This document shows positions 29,247 through 39,197 of a stretch of DNA of 55,428 bases, piece after piece. Within the stretch, counting starts at the first letter, position 1. Every line of letters begins with the position of its first letter. A program made the translations under genes and the position numbers. Below the pieces are notes generated by a model. The model was not told the origin of the DNA and ran no database searches. It was given only the letters and a program-made list of their open reading frames with translations. This DNA comes from Actinomycetes bacterium (GTDB lineage Bacteria > Actinomycetota > Actinomycetes > Mycobacteriales > Micromonosporaceae): positions 1-55,428 of the forward strand of contig JAJYSW010000001.1 in NCBI GenBank assembly GCA_021793335.1, read 5' to 3'.

Positions 29247-30803
29247 ATGACCCGAGTGATCAAAGGAAGATTCACCCTCCTCACCGCCGTCCTCACCGCC
29301 GCTCTCACCGGCATCACCATCGTGTTCTTCGCAGTGCCGCAGGCCGGGGCGGTGGAGACCGGCACGTGGTACAAGCTCATCAGCCGCCACTCCGGCCTGG
29401 CCCTCGACGTCCTCGACATCGACACCGAACCCGGCGCCGAACTCATCCAGTGGCACGACACCGGAACGCACAACCAGCAATTCCGCTTCATCGACGCCGG
29501 CAACGGCTACCACCGCATCCAGGCCCGCCATTCCGGCCACGTCATCGAAGTCTTCGAGTGGAACCCCGACAACGGCGCCATCATCGCCCAATGGACCGAT
29601 CGCAACGGCGCCAACCAGCAATGGCGGGTCCAAGAGGACGACGGCCACGCCACCCTCGTCAATCGCTTCTCCGGCAAAGCCCTCGACGTCTGGGAGCACT
29701 CCACCGCTCCCGGCGACCGCATCTCCCAATACGACCCCACCGGAGCCTGGAACCAGCAATGGCGGCTGGTCCCCGTCAGCGGAGACGGAGGCGGCGGTTG
29801 CGGTTCGGGCAGTCCCGAGGCGACCGTGACCGGTTCGAGCGGCGCTTATACCGCCAGCAACCGCGGCAGCACCGTCTACTCCGGCGGCGACTACCGCGCC
29901 GCGATCCAGGCCGCCGTCGACTCGACCGGCAACGGCGAGCGGACCTCCGTCATGGCCTCGGGCTCGATCGGCGCGAACACGATCGCCATCCCCAGCGGCC
30001 GGGTCTTCGAAGGCTGCGGGACGATCGACGTCGGCAACCGGTCCGGGCGCGGCGCGATCGAATCGCTGAACACCTCCAATGTGTCCATCCCGTATCTGCG
30101 CCTGACCGGCAGTCCTTACTTCGGGATGCGCTTCTACGGCAACAGCAACCTGCATCTGGGAGTGATCAACCTCGACCTGAGCGGCGGCCACGGCCTCCGC
30201 TTCGAGCGCGATCACCCCGGGAGCACGAACGTGACCATCGACTACGTCCACGTCTCGGGCACCGACAACCACGGCGTGGAGACCTGGAACATCGACGGTC
30301 TGGAGATCGGCGCCGTCATCGCCCGTGACGTCGCCTACGCCGGTCTGCTGCTCAACAACACGCGGAACGCGCACATCGGCCTGGTCGACGGCGACGACGT
30401 CGCCGCCGGGACCGGCTACGCGACCTTCCGCACCGCCAACACCGCCGGACGGCTCTCGGACGGGTCCTACGGCACGAACATCTACGTCGACCAGGTCGTC
30501 TCGCGCGGCGGCGGCCGGGGCGTTTTCTGCGTCTCGCAGTCCGGCGGCGTCCGCATCGGCCACGTCGATCTGGCCGGCAACGGCAACAACGCGATCCTGA
30601 TCGAGAACTGCTACAACTACACGATCGCCTCGGGCACGGTCGACGGCGGCGGCGAGGTCCGCGTGGCCGCCCGAGACGAGTTCCCCAACACCAGGGACGT
30701 GTGGATCACCCTGGAAGTGAACAACACCTCGGTACGCGAGTCCCCCTGCGGCGACAACATCAACTGGACCCTCTCGGGCAACGCGTCCGTGAACGTCTGC
30801 TGA
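29247..30803 (+). CDS. Secreted ricin-B lectin (CBM13) + beta-helix protein, paralog of the upstream gene
   Basis: Signal peptide; three NQQ[FW]R repeats; Gly linker; the same HGVETWNIDG and RGGGRGVFCVSQSGG domain. RBS AAAGGA. Confidence 0.82.
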   Translation: MTRVIKGRFTLLTAVLTAALTGITIVFFAVPQAGAVETGTWYKLISRHSGLALDVLDIDTEPGAELIQWHDTGTHNQQFRFIDAGNGYHRIQARHSGHVIEVFEWNPDNGAIIAQWTDRNGANQQWRVQEDDGHATLVNRFSGKALDVWEHSTAPGDRISQYDPTGAWNQQWRLVPVSGDGGGGCGSGSPEATVTGSSGAYTASNRGSTVYSGGDYRAAIQAAVDSTGNGERTSVMASGSIGANTIAIPSGRVFEGCGTIDVGNRSGRGAIESLNTSNVSIPYLRLTGSPYFGMRFYGNSNLHLGVINLDLSGGHGLRFERDHPGSTNVTIDYVHVSGTDNHGVETWNIDGLEIGAVIARDVAYAGLLLNNTRNAHIGLVDGDDVAAGTGYATFRTANTAGRLSDGSYGTNIYVDQVVSRGGGRGVFCVSQSGGVRIGHVDLAGNGNNAILIENCYNYTIASGTVDGGGEVRVAARDEFPNTRDVWITLEVNNTSVRESPCGDNINWTLSGNASVNVC

Positions 30804-30804
30804 C
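30637..30804 (+). repeat. 168-bp exact direct repeat, copy 2
   Basis: Identical to 28933-29100 (offset 1704 bp). Confidence 0.92.
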
Positions 30805-30854
30805 ACGCGAGGCGAGGGGCCGGGGACGAGTCCGGCTCCTCGTTCACGCTCGGC

Positions 30855-31802
30855 TCAGGTCAGGTGGCGGGCCAGGTCGGCCGCGCCGATGACGCCGGCC
30901 TTCGAGCCGAGTGTCGCGGCCTTGATCTCGGCGACCGGCAGGTCGACGCGCTCGGCCAGCGCTTTGGCGTAGTGCTTGCGGACGGGGTCGAGCAGCACGT
31001 CCCCGGCGTCCACGACGCCGCCGGCGATGATGACGACACCGGGGTCGATCAGCTGCACCAGGTCGGCCGCGGAGTTGCCGAGGTAGTAGCCGATGGTGTC
31101 GAAGGCGGCCAGAGCGACCGCATCGCCCTGTTGGGCGGCCCCGGTGATCTCCTTGCCGGTGATGGCGTCGGGGTCGCCCCCGGCGAGGTCGAGCAGGAGC
31201 GCGGCCTTATCGGGCTCGGCCTTGGCGCCCTCTCGGGCGGCCTGGGTGAGCGCGCGGCCGGAGGCGTACTGCTCCAGGCAGCCTTTGCGGCCGCAGCCGC
31301 AGACGCGGCCTTCGGGGACCGCGCGCATGTGGCCGATCTCGGCGGCGACGCCGTTAGTGCCGCGCAGCAGCCCGTCCTTGACGACGATGCCGCCGCCGAT
31401 GCCGGTGCCGACGGTGTAGAGCACGGAGGAGCGGAATCCTTGGGCGGCGCCGAAGCGATGCTCGCCCCAGATGGCGACGTTGGCGTCGTTCTCGACGACG
31501 ACGGGCAGTCCGATGGCGGCGGCGACCTTGTCGCGCAGCGGCTCGTTCCGCCATGAGAGGTTGGGGGCGAGCATGACCGTGGAGCGGTCGGCGGAGATCC
31601 ACCCGGCCGCGCCGATGCCGACGGCTTCGATCTCGTGTTCGCCGCGCAGCTCTTCGACGACTTCGGACACGGCCTGGATGACGCCGGAGGTGTCGTCCGC
31701 CGGAGTGGGGCGAAGAGCCGTGGCGTGAATCCGGCCGTCCTCGTCGACGAGTCCACCGCCGACCTTGGTCCCGCCGATGTCGACCCCGATTGTCAGACTC
31801 AC
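30855..31802 (-). CDS. glkA: ROK-family glucokinase
   Basis: GVDIGGTK, VVENDAN, VGTGIGGG, AEIGH, CGCGRKGCLEQYASG. GTG at 31802 follows GGAGG. Confidence 0.93.
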   Translation of the reverse strand: MSLTIGVDIGGTKVGGGLVDEDGRIHATALRPTPADDTSGVIQAVSEVVEELRGEHEIEAVGIGAAGWISADRSTVMLAPNLSWRNEPLRDKVAAAIGLPVVVENDANVAIWGEHRFGAAQGFRSSVLYTVGTGIGGGIVVKDGLLRGTNGVAAEIGHMRAVPEGRVCGCGRKGCLEQYASGRALTQAAREGAKAEPDKAALLLDLAGGDPDAITGKEITGAAQQGDAVALAAFDTIGYYLGNSAADLVQLIDPGVVIIAGGVVDAGDVLLDPVRKHYAKALAERVDLPVAEIKAATLGSKAGVIGAADLARHLT

Positions 31803-32110
31803 TGCTGTCCCTCCAGCGATGTTCGAGAGCGTTGCCGTTGGATTCTCCGCGACGCTGCGGGCCACCGACAGACTTTACGCGATGTTAATAGCCGAGGACT
31901 CGCGCCCTTTTTTCTACCGCTTTCGGAAGATGACGACAAGAATGCGAGCGCCGCTTTCGAGCACTATTCGACTTCGGCGACAACCGGAGCGGACAGGCGT
32001 TCGGGAACGGCCGAGGGGATCGGCCCGCTCGAAGGCGCCACCGACGACCCGAGGCGAGGCGGTGACCACTATTATCATGTTTCAGCTCACAGTCCCGCCG
32101 CGCGGAGATA

Positions 32111-32126
32111 GTGACCCATCGGTAAC
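32111..32126. promoter_or_regulatory. GTGAC-N6-GTAAC operator-like site upstream of the acyl-CoA ligase
   Basis: gtgacccatcggtaac, a near-palindrome of GTTAC-N6-GTAAC. Confidence 0.4.
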
Positions 32127-32182
32127 ATGTGCGTCAGCCGATTACAACGCCGTGAAACCGGCTACACGAACGGAGCCTGCCC

Positions 32183-34021
32183 ATGCGCGAGTTCGCCGTC
32201 CCCCCTGTGGTGACAGTGCCAGACGACGACAACGCCCTCACCTCTCTTTGGGACGCCGCCGACAACCACGCCGGCGCCGTGCTGTACTCCCGCACCTTCG
32301 ACGACGGCCTCACCTGGGAGGACGTGACCGCCGCCGAGTTTCGCGACCAGGTCGTGAGCGTGGCCAAGGGCCTGGGCGCCGCCGGCATCCAACCGGGTGA
32401 CCGAGTGGCCCTGATGTCGCGGACCAGATACGAATGGACCCTGTTCGACTACGCGATCTGGGCCGCCGGCGCGGTGACCGTGCCGGTCTACGAGACCTCC
32501 TCGACCGAGCAGGCCGAGTGGATTCTGGCCGACTCCGGCGCAGTGGCCGTGATCGTCGAGACCCCCGAATACCGCGAACTCATCGAAGGACTGCCCGAAC
32601 CGGTCGAACGCATCTGGACCATCGACGAGGGCGCGGTGGACGAACTGACCGAGTCCGGCGCGGACGCCGATGTCGACATCGAGGAGCGGCGCGCCTCCCG
32701 CAAGGCCGATGACCTGGCCACGATCATCTACACCTCGGGTACCACCGGCCGGTCCAAAGGCTGCATGCTCACCCACCGGAACCTGACGGCGAACATCCGC
32801 AACATCATCCCCGAAGTCCCCGACGTGCTCTACGAGGGCGCGAGGATGCTCATGTTCCTGCCGCTGGCGCACGTGCTCGCCCGAATCCTCCAGATCGCCG
32901 GGGTCGAATCGCGCACGACGCTCGCGCACTTCTCCGACCGCGGCAAACTCGCCGAGATCATGCCCGTGGTCAAACCGACGACGCTGCTGGCGATCCCGCG
33001 CGTATTCGAGAAGGTCTACAACAACGCCTACCAGACGGCCGTCGACAGCGGCAAGACCAAGCTGTTCGTCAGAGCCGCGGCCACTGCCAAGGAGTACAGC
33101 CGCGCCCTGGACACCCCGGCCGGCCCGGGACTGGCCCTCAAACTGCGCCACAGACTGTGGGACGCCTTGGTGTACAAGAAGCTGCGGGCCGCGCTCGGCG
33201 GCGAGTGCACCTCGGCCGTCTCCGGTGGAGCCGCGCTCGGCGGCGAGCTGGGGCACTTCTTCCGCGGCGTCGGCGTCCAGATCTTCGAGGGCTACGGACT
33301 CACCGAGACCTCCCCGGTCCTGGCGCTCAACATGCAGACCGCGACCAAGATCGGCTCGGTCGGCCGCCCCATTCCGAGCACCGCGCTCCGCGTCGCCGAC
33401 GACGGCGAGCTACAGGCGAAGGGCCCGCAGGTATTCAGCGGCTATTGGAACAACGACGCCGCCACCGCCGAGGTGCTCGACGCCGAAGGCTGGTTCTCGA
33501 CCGGCGACATCGCCGAGATCGACGACGACGGCTACGTGACCATCACCGGCCGCAAGAAGGACATCATCGTGACCTCCGGGGGCAAGAACGTGGCCCCCTC
33601 GCCGCTGGAGAAGGTCCTGGACGCCCACCCGCTCATCGCCTACGCGATGGTCGTCGGCGAAGGCCGCCCGTACATCGGGGCGCTGATCTCGGTGGACGGC
33701 GATATGCTGCCGGACTGGCTACAGCGCCGCGGCAAGGATCCGGAGTCCCCGATCAGCGCCGTCTCCGAGGACCCCGAGCTGCTCGCCGAGCTGCAATCGC
33801 AGGTCGATCTGGCGAACTCGACGGTCTCCAGAGCCGAACAGATCAAGCGATTCAGGGTCATACCGGTTGAATTGACCGAAGATGCCGGAGAAATCACCCC
33901 CTCAACCAAGGTCAAACGTCACGTAGTCATGAAAAAATACTCAGACGAGATCAACGCACTGTACGACGAGAAGACAAAACACTCAGACGAGATCAATACA
34001 CTGCACGAGGAACACGGTTAG
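32183..34021 (+). CDS. fadD: Long-chain fatty acid--CoA ligase (FadD15-like)
   Basis: IYTSGTTGRSKG, FLPLAHV, EGYGLTET, WFSTGD, ITGRKKD, GGKNVAP. Confidence 0.93.
   Translation: MREFAVPPVVTVPDDDNALTSLWDAADNHAGAVLYSRTFDDGLTWEDVTAAEFRDQVVSVAKGLGAAGIQPGDRVALMSRTRYEWTLFDYAIWAAGAVTVPVYETSSTEQAEWILADSGAVAVIVETPEYRELIEGLPEPVERIWTIDEGAVDELTESGADADVDIEERRASRKADDLATIIYTSGTTGRSKGCMLTHRNLTANIRNIIPEVPDVLYEGARMLMFLPLAHVLARILQIAGVESRTTLAHFSDRGKLAEIMPVVKPTTLLAIPRVFEKVYNNAYQTAVDSGKTKLFVRAAATAKEYSRALDTPAGPGLALKLRHRLWDALVYKKLRAALGGECTSAVSGGAALGGELGHFFRGVGVQIFEGYGLTETSPVLALNMQTATKIGSVGRPIPSTALRVADDGELQAKGPQVFSGYWNNDAATAEVLDAEGWFSTGDIAEIDDDGYVTITGRKKDIIVTSGGKNVAPSPLEKVLDAHPLIAYAMVVGEGRPYIGALISVDGDMLPDWLQRRGKDPESPISAVSEDPELLAELQSQVDLANSTVSRAEQIKRFRVIPVELTEDAGEITPSTKVKRHVVMKKYSDEINALYDEKTKHSDEINTLHEEHG
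33934..34011 (+). repeat. Imperfect 42-bp-period tandem duplication at the fadD 3' end
   Basis: aaaatactcagacgagatcaacgcactgtacgacga vs aaaacactcagacgagatcaatacactgcacgagga (31/36 identical). Confidence 0.85.
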
Positions 34022-34030
34022 CGAGGCTGC

Positions 34031-35806
34031 ATGAGCGAGGAGGCCGTCCTGGAGCGGCAATGGCGCCTACCGGCCGTGGCCCTGCGGGCGGTGCTCTTCG
34101 CACTGGTCACGGCATTCGGGTGGGCGGCGGTCGACTTCACCGACACCGCCACCTGGTGCGGCATCCTCGCCCTGGCGGCGTTGCCGGGCATCGTCCTGCC
34201 CCGCCACCGCGTACTCGCCCCGGCGGGACGCCTGGCCGAGGTCGTGGTCGTCGTGCTCGGCACCCTCGCCACCGGCGGGCTCCCGGCCTGGATGCTCCCT
34301 TACCTGATCGCGCCGTTCTCGGCCGCCGCGTTCGACGCGGCGGCCCCCGGCGAGCCCGCGAAGTACGCCTGGCTGCGCACCTGGGGGCCCCCGACGCTGC
34401 TGGCGGTCGCCGCCATCGGCCTGATCGCCCAGACTCCGCGACTGCCGACGTTCGACCGCGGCACCTACGTCACCACGGTGGCCGTCGCTCTGGCCTTCGG
34501 CATGGCCTCGGCGGTCGGGGCGTGGTGGCTGCGCCGCTCCAGACGCAGCGATCTGAGCCATTCGCAGCTGCCGTACGCCGAGGCCGCGGCCCTGCTGACA
34601 CAGCTGCGGGTCGTCGCCCGCCAACTGCCCGGCTCCACGCTCGACCCCGGCGGCATCGCCACCGAACTGCTCGACACCGTCATCCGCGTGCCGGGGGCCG
34701 AGCGGGCCGCCGTCCTCGCCGCCTCCTCCGGCCGGCGGCTCGTGGTCCTGGCCCAGCATGCCGACGAACGGGTCGACTGGGAGACCTCCCCGCAGATGAA
34801 CGTGCTCCTGGCCGACGCCTGGGCGGGACAGAAACCGCAGGCCGGGCAATTGCCACTGTCGCGCTCCACGCAGGGACCGGTGGCCTCGCTGGTCGTACCG
34901 CTGATCGCCGAGGGCCGCACCGTCGGCCTGGTGGCGATCGAATCGGACGATCCGAGCGCGTTCGACGCCGAGGCCATCACCGCCGCCGAGGAGCGGACCA
35001 AGGGCGCTGCGCTGCGTCTGGAGACGGCGCTGCTGTTCGAGGACGTCAGGTCCATGGCGACCACCGAGGAGCGCCAGCGCCTGGCCCGCGAGATCCACGA
35101 CGGCATCGCCCAGGAGCTCGCGATGCTCGGCTACGGCATCGACAACGCGATGGCGGTCCTACCGGAGGACGCCGGCGAGGCGTCGACCGAACTGGAGGAT
35201 CTGCGCAGCGAGGTGACCCGTCTGGTGACCGAGCTGCGCTTCTCGCTGTTCGAACTGCGTTCGAACGTCGACCGTCAGGGCGGACTGGCATCCGCGATCG
35301 CGGACTATGCTCGTACCGTGGGCGCCTCCGCAGGACTGCGGGTCCACCTGTCGCTCGACGAGGGCGGCGCACGGCTCCCGGCGAGCACCGAGGCGGAGCT
35401 GCTGCGAATAGCGCAGGAGGCGATCACCAATGCCCGGAAGCACGCCCGGGCAGAGAACCTGTGGGTCACCTGTGAAGTGGATCCGCCGTACACGCGGATC
35501 GAGGTGACCGACGACGGCCAGGGTCTGGCCGGCGAAGCCTCCGAGGGGCGGTACGGACTGGCGATCATGAGCGAACGCGCCGAACGGATCCGGGGGTCGC
35601 TGGAGATCCGGCCGCACCAGCCGCACGGCACCACCGTGGCGGTGGTGCTCAACGCCTCCGCGCGTCCGACCCCGAAGGCGGCGCCCGCGCACCCGGGAGC
35701 CGAGAAGTGGGCGGCGGACCGCACGGCCGCAACCGAAGACAGCACTACCGCGCCCATCGGCCCCCCGGGGTCCGAGGTAGCCAATGAGGAGAGAGACGAA
35801 CGATGA
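34031..35806 (+). CDS. Membrane GAF-domain sensor histidine kinase (HisKA_3)
   Basis: N-terminal TM segments, GAF (LVVPLIAEGRTVGLV), ERQRLAREIHDGIAQ, QEAITNARKH, DDGQG, GLAIMSERA. Confidence 0.92.
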   Translation: MSEEAVLERQWRLPAVALRAVLFALVTAFGWAAVDFTDTATWCGILALAALPGIVLPRHRVLAPAGRLAEVVVVVLGTLATGGLPAWMLPYLIAPFSAAAFDAAAPGEPAKYAWLRTWGPPTLLAVAAIGLIAQTPRLPTFDRGTYVTTVAVALAFGMASAVGAWWLRRSRRSDLSHSQLPYAEAAALLTQLRVVARQLPGSTLDPGGIATELLDTVIRVPGAERAAVLAASSGRRLVVLAQHADERVDWETSPQMNVLLADAWAGQKPQAGQLPLSRSTQGPVASLVVPLIAEGRTVGLVAIESDDPSAFDAEAITAAEERTKGAALRLETALLFEDVRSMATTEERQRLAREIHDGIAQELAMLGYGIDNAMAVLPEDAGEASTELEDLRSEVTRLVTELRFSLFELRSNVDRQGGLASAIADYARTVGASAGLRVHLSLDEGGARLPASTEAELLRIAQEAITNARKHARAENLWVTCEVDPPYTRIEVTDDGQGLAGEASEGRYGLAIMSERAERIRGSLEIRPHQPHGTTVAVVLNASARPTPKAAPAHPGAEKWAADRTAATEDSTTAPIGPPGSEVANEERDER

Positions 35807-36474
35807 ACGCTGACGCGCCTGAATCGACCAGTCAGACGACGGTCCTGATCGTCGACGACCACGATCTGATCCGCAAGGGCCTTCGGCACGCCTTCGACCG
35901 CGACCCCGAGTTCGAGGTCGTGGGCGAGGCCGACACGGCCGGCGACGCCCTGCGCCAGGCCACCTCGCTGATGCCCAGCGTCGTCATCATGGACCTGCGT
36001 CTCCCCGACGGCTCCGGCCTGGACGCGACGCGGAAGCTCCGCAAGGCGCACCCGCACATGGGCATCGTCGTGCTGACCATGTACGCGGGCGACGATCAAC
36101 TGTTCGGGGCCCTGGACGCGGGCGCGAGCGCGTTCGTGCCGAAGAGCGCCCCGGCGAACGACGTGGTCTCGGCGGCGCGCCACGCGGCGGCGAACCCGAC
36201 GGCGTTCAGCGCCGCGGATCTGGCCGAGGCGATGCAGCGCCGCCTGACGCCGACGGGACCGCAGCTCTCGCCTCGGGAATCGCAGGTGCTCAAACTGCTC
36301 GCGGACGGTCTGTCGGTGGCCGGCATCGCCAAGCAGCTGTACGTCTCGGAGTCGACCGCCAAGACGCACATCTCGAAGCTGTACGAGAAGCTCGGTGCGG
36401 GCAACCGGGCGCAGGCGCTGATGACGGCCCTGAAACTGGGGCTGCTGGAGGCGCCGGACCAACCGAAGTTCTGA
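35803..36474 (+). CDS. NarL/LuxR-family response regulator
   Basis: IVDDH, MDLRLPDGSG, FVPK, LSPRESQVL...IAKQLYVSESTAKTH. ATGA-coupled to the kinase. Confidence 0.95.
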   Translation: MNADAPESTSQTTVLIVDDHDLIRKGLRHAFDRDPEFEVVGEADTAGDALRQATSLMPSVVIMDLRLPDGSGLDATRKLRKAHPHMGIVVLTMYAGDDQLFGALDAGASAFVPKSAPANDVVSAARHAAANPTAFSAADLAEAMQRRLTPTGPQLSPRESQVLKLLADGLSVAGIAKQLYVSESTAKTHISKLYEKLGAGNRAQALMTALKLGLLEAPDQPKF

Positions 36475-36548
36475 GAGTCGCGCGGTATCCGGTCCGTACC
36501 GGGGCCGGATGCCGCGCGTTCACGGGGGCCGACCGCCCGCTTCGGGTC

Positions 36549-37688
36549 TCAGACGGTCTCGCCGTAGAGCATGGCTTCGAGGCGTCCGGCTTGACGTTCC
36601 CACGTCCACTCGCTGCAGGCCCAGTCCCGGCTGGCCGCGCCGAACTTATCGGCCAGCGGACGGTCGGTGAGCACCTGCGTGAGCCGGGAGGCGATCTGGT
36701 CGACGTCCCGGCCGTCGACCACCCACCCCGACTGATCGTGCAGCACCGTGTCGGGCGCACCGCCCGAGTCGCCCGCGATGACCGGCATGCCGCACGCGGC
36801 GGCCTCCAGGAACACCGCGCCCAGGCCCTCGACGTCGAGGCCGCCGCGGCGCGTCCGGCACGGCATCGCGAAGACGTCCCCGGCCGCGAAATGCCGGGCG
36901 AGTTCGGCTTCGGGCACCGCACCGGTGAACGTGACCGCTCGTTCCATCCGGTGGTGACGGGTCAGTGCGCGCAGCCGGCCCTCGTCGGGGCCCTGGCCGA
37001 CGACGAGCAGCCGCACGTCCTCGCCGACCCGCTCGCGCACTCGCGGGAGGGCCGCGATCAGCTTGTCCTGGCCTTTGCGCGGCACCAGCCGCGAGACGCA
37101 CACGATCACCGGCCGCCCCTCCAGGCCGTGACGCTCGCGAACCGGTGTGCCGTCGACCTGCGGGTGGAAGGTCTCGGTGTCGATGCCGAAGGTCAGCTGT
37201 TCGAGCCGGGTCAGGGGTTCGACGACCGGGGCGAGGCGCCGGTAGGTGTAGCCGCCCAGATAGGTCATGACGTCGAGTGAGCCGGCGATGCGCCGCAGCG
37301 CCTGCCGGGTGCCGGGCATCATCGCCCAGCCGACCTCGTGACCGTGGGTGAGCGCGATGGCCCGCTCGACGCCGGTATCGCGCAGGAGCCGCGACGCGAG
37401 GAGGCCGAGCGGGGCTGCGGCACCGAACCAGACGCGGTCGCAGCGGTGCTCTCGGGCGATCGCGGTGACGGCGCGGGCCACGCGCGGCGTGGGCAGGAGC
37501 ATCGCGGCCCGGTCGCGGACCACGGTGAACGGTTGGACGGCGTCGAAATCGGCATGGCCGGGGGAAGCAGAGGTGTAGACGACCAGGCCATCGGACGGCA
37601 GCCGCAGCGCCATGCCGTGTACGAAGGTCTGAATACCGCCCCTACGAGGCGGAAAATCGTTCGTCACCAGCAGTGTTCGGCTCATCAT
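36549..37688 (-). CDS. GT4 glycosyltransferase (PimB-like phosphatidylinositol mannosyltransferase)
   Basis: LVTNDFPPRRGGIQ, WFGAAAPLGL, THGHEVGW, SRLVPRKGQD, EGLGAVFLEA. Confidence 0.9.
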   Translation of the reverse strand: MMSRTLLVTNDFPPRRGGIQTFVHGMALRLPSDGLVVYTSASPGHADFDAVQPFTVVRDRAAMLLPTPRVARAVTAIAREHRCDRVWFGAAAPLGLLASRLLRDTGVERAIALTHGHEVGWAMMPGTRQALRRIAGSLDVMTYLGGYTYRRLAPVVEPLTRLEQLTFGIDTETFHPQVDGTPVRERHGLEGRPVIVCVSRLVPRKGQDKLIAALPRVRERVGEDVRLLVVGQGPDEGRLRALTRHHRMERAVTFTGAVPEAELARHFAAGDVFAMPCRTRRGGLDVEGLGAVFLEAAACGMPVIAGDSGGAPDTVLHDQSGWVVDGRDVDQIASRLTQVLTDRPLADKFGAASRDWACSEWTWERQAGRLEAMLYGETV

Positions 37689-37846
37689 GCCCCCTCCATG
37701 ACTGCTCCAGTCTGTCACGCGGGATCGGATGCCGAAGGAATCCGAGGCGTCCGGTGGAGGTCCGCTCGTACCCGGTCTCGACTCACGGGCCGGGCGCCTC
37801 GACATGCGAGCGGTGCGGACACCATCGTCGGTGGCACACTGGTGCC

Positions 37847-39184
37847 ATGACGAGCGGCGACGACGGTCAAGAGCCCACAGGGCGAGTCGAGCATGCACCG
37901 GCGGTCTTCCTGAGCGAGCCGGTACGCCGCCGAACCGCCGAGATCGCTGCCGCGGCCCTGCCCGGGCTGCCGCCCGCGAAAGTGCCGTCGAAGCTGCGCC
38001 GGTACCTCAAGTTCAACCCGTCCAAGCGGGCCAAGCTGGCTCGCGCCGACATCGCCGCCGAGCTGAGCCGTGGGGACGAGTTCCGGGCGGGGGTGGGCCA
38101 GGTCCTCGGTTCGACCGATGCGCCGCTGGTCCGGGCGATCAACGACGGCGAGGCCGTCTCGGCCATGACCGACCCGGTCGAGGTGGCGGCCCTGGCCTAC
38201 CTGCTGCGGCCCGAAGGATGGCGGGAGCTGGTGGCGAGCGCGGCCGAGGCCGCCCGCGCGGCGCCCGAGGCGGCTGCGGCCGCGCCGGTCGACGAGGAGG
38301 TCCGGCGGCGACTGGCCGCGGTCGACAAGGAGAACCGGAGGCTGCGCGGCGCACTGGAGGACCAGCGGTCCGCGGCGACCCGTTTGCAGGAGGACCTGCG
38401 CCGGGCGCGCAGGGGTCTGCGTGAGGCCGAGGACCGGGCCGCGAAGACGGCCGCCGACCTGGCCGCCGAGCGGGGCCGCATCAAGCAGTCGGACTCGGAG
38501 CGCCGCGCCGAGCGGCGGCGCCTGGAGAACGAAGTGGCCTCGTTGCGGGCGCAGCTCGAAGAGGTCCGGCGGGCCGGACGCGAGGCGGACCGGCTCGCGG
38601 ACTCGCGGCTGTGGCTGCTGATGGAGACGCTCTCGGGCACCGCGAACGGGCTGCGGCGCGAACTGGGGCTCGAACCGGTCGCCGATCGACCGGCCGACCA
38701 CATCGCCGATGAGCGCTGCGCCGAGCCCGAGGCGAGGGAGACCGAGGGCTCTCGGGGCCTGGAGCAGACCGACCCTCAGCGGCTCGACCACCTGCTGTCG
38801 CTGCCGAACCCGCACCTGATCGTCGACGGCTATAACGTCACCATCAGCGCGTGGGGCGAGACGCTGACATTGGAGCAGCAGCGCAATCGGCTCGTTCGGG
38901 GCCTGGGTGCGCTCGCGGCGCAGACGAACGCCGAGATCACGGTGGTCTTCGACGGGGCCGATCCGATCTTCGGGGCGAAACCGAGCGCGCGTGGAGTGCG
39001 GGTGCTGTTCAGCGCCAAAGGCGAGATCGCCGACGATGTCGTGGTGGATCTGACCCGGGCCGAGCCGCAGGGCCGGCCGGTCATCGTGGTGTCCTCGGAC
39101 CGGGAGGTCGCCGACCGGGTGCGGCGGCACGACGCCTATGCGGTGCCCTCGCCGCTGCTGGTGCGGCGGATGCAGCATGGTTGA
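37847..39184 (+). CDS. Coiled-coil + NYN (YacP-like) domain protein
   Basis: DPVEVAALAYLLRPEGW, coiled coil, LIVDGYNV, VVFDG, ADD, VVSSDREV. Confidence 0.88.
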   Translation: MTSGDDGQEPTGRVEHAPAVFLSEPVRRRTAEIAAAALPGLPPAKVPSKLRRYLKFNPSKRAKLARADIAAELSRGDEFRAGVGQVLGSTDAPLVRAINDGEAVSAMTDPVEVAALAYLLRPEGWRELVASAAEAARAAPEAAAAAPVDEEVRRRLAAVDKENRRLRGALEDQRSAATRLQEDLRRARRGLREAEDRAAKTAADLAAERGRIKQSDSERRAERRRLENEVASLRAQLEEVRRAGREADRLADSRLWLLMETLSGTANGLRRELGLEPVADRPADHIADERCAEPEARETEGSRGLEQTDPQRLDHLLSLPNPHLIVDGYNVTISAWGETLTLEQQRNRLVRGLGALAAQTNAEITVVFDGADPIFGAKPSARGVRVLFSAKGEIADDVVVDLTRAEPQGRPVIVVSSDREVADRVRRHDAYAVPSPLLVRRMQHG

Positions 39185-39197
39185 CCGGCTCGCGGCC

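Noticed and set aside
34031-36474. Naming the two-component system MacRS
   Set aside because: The neighbourhood is similar, but the kinase has a GAF domain and I cannot establish orthology without a search.
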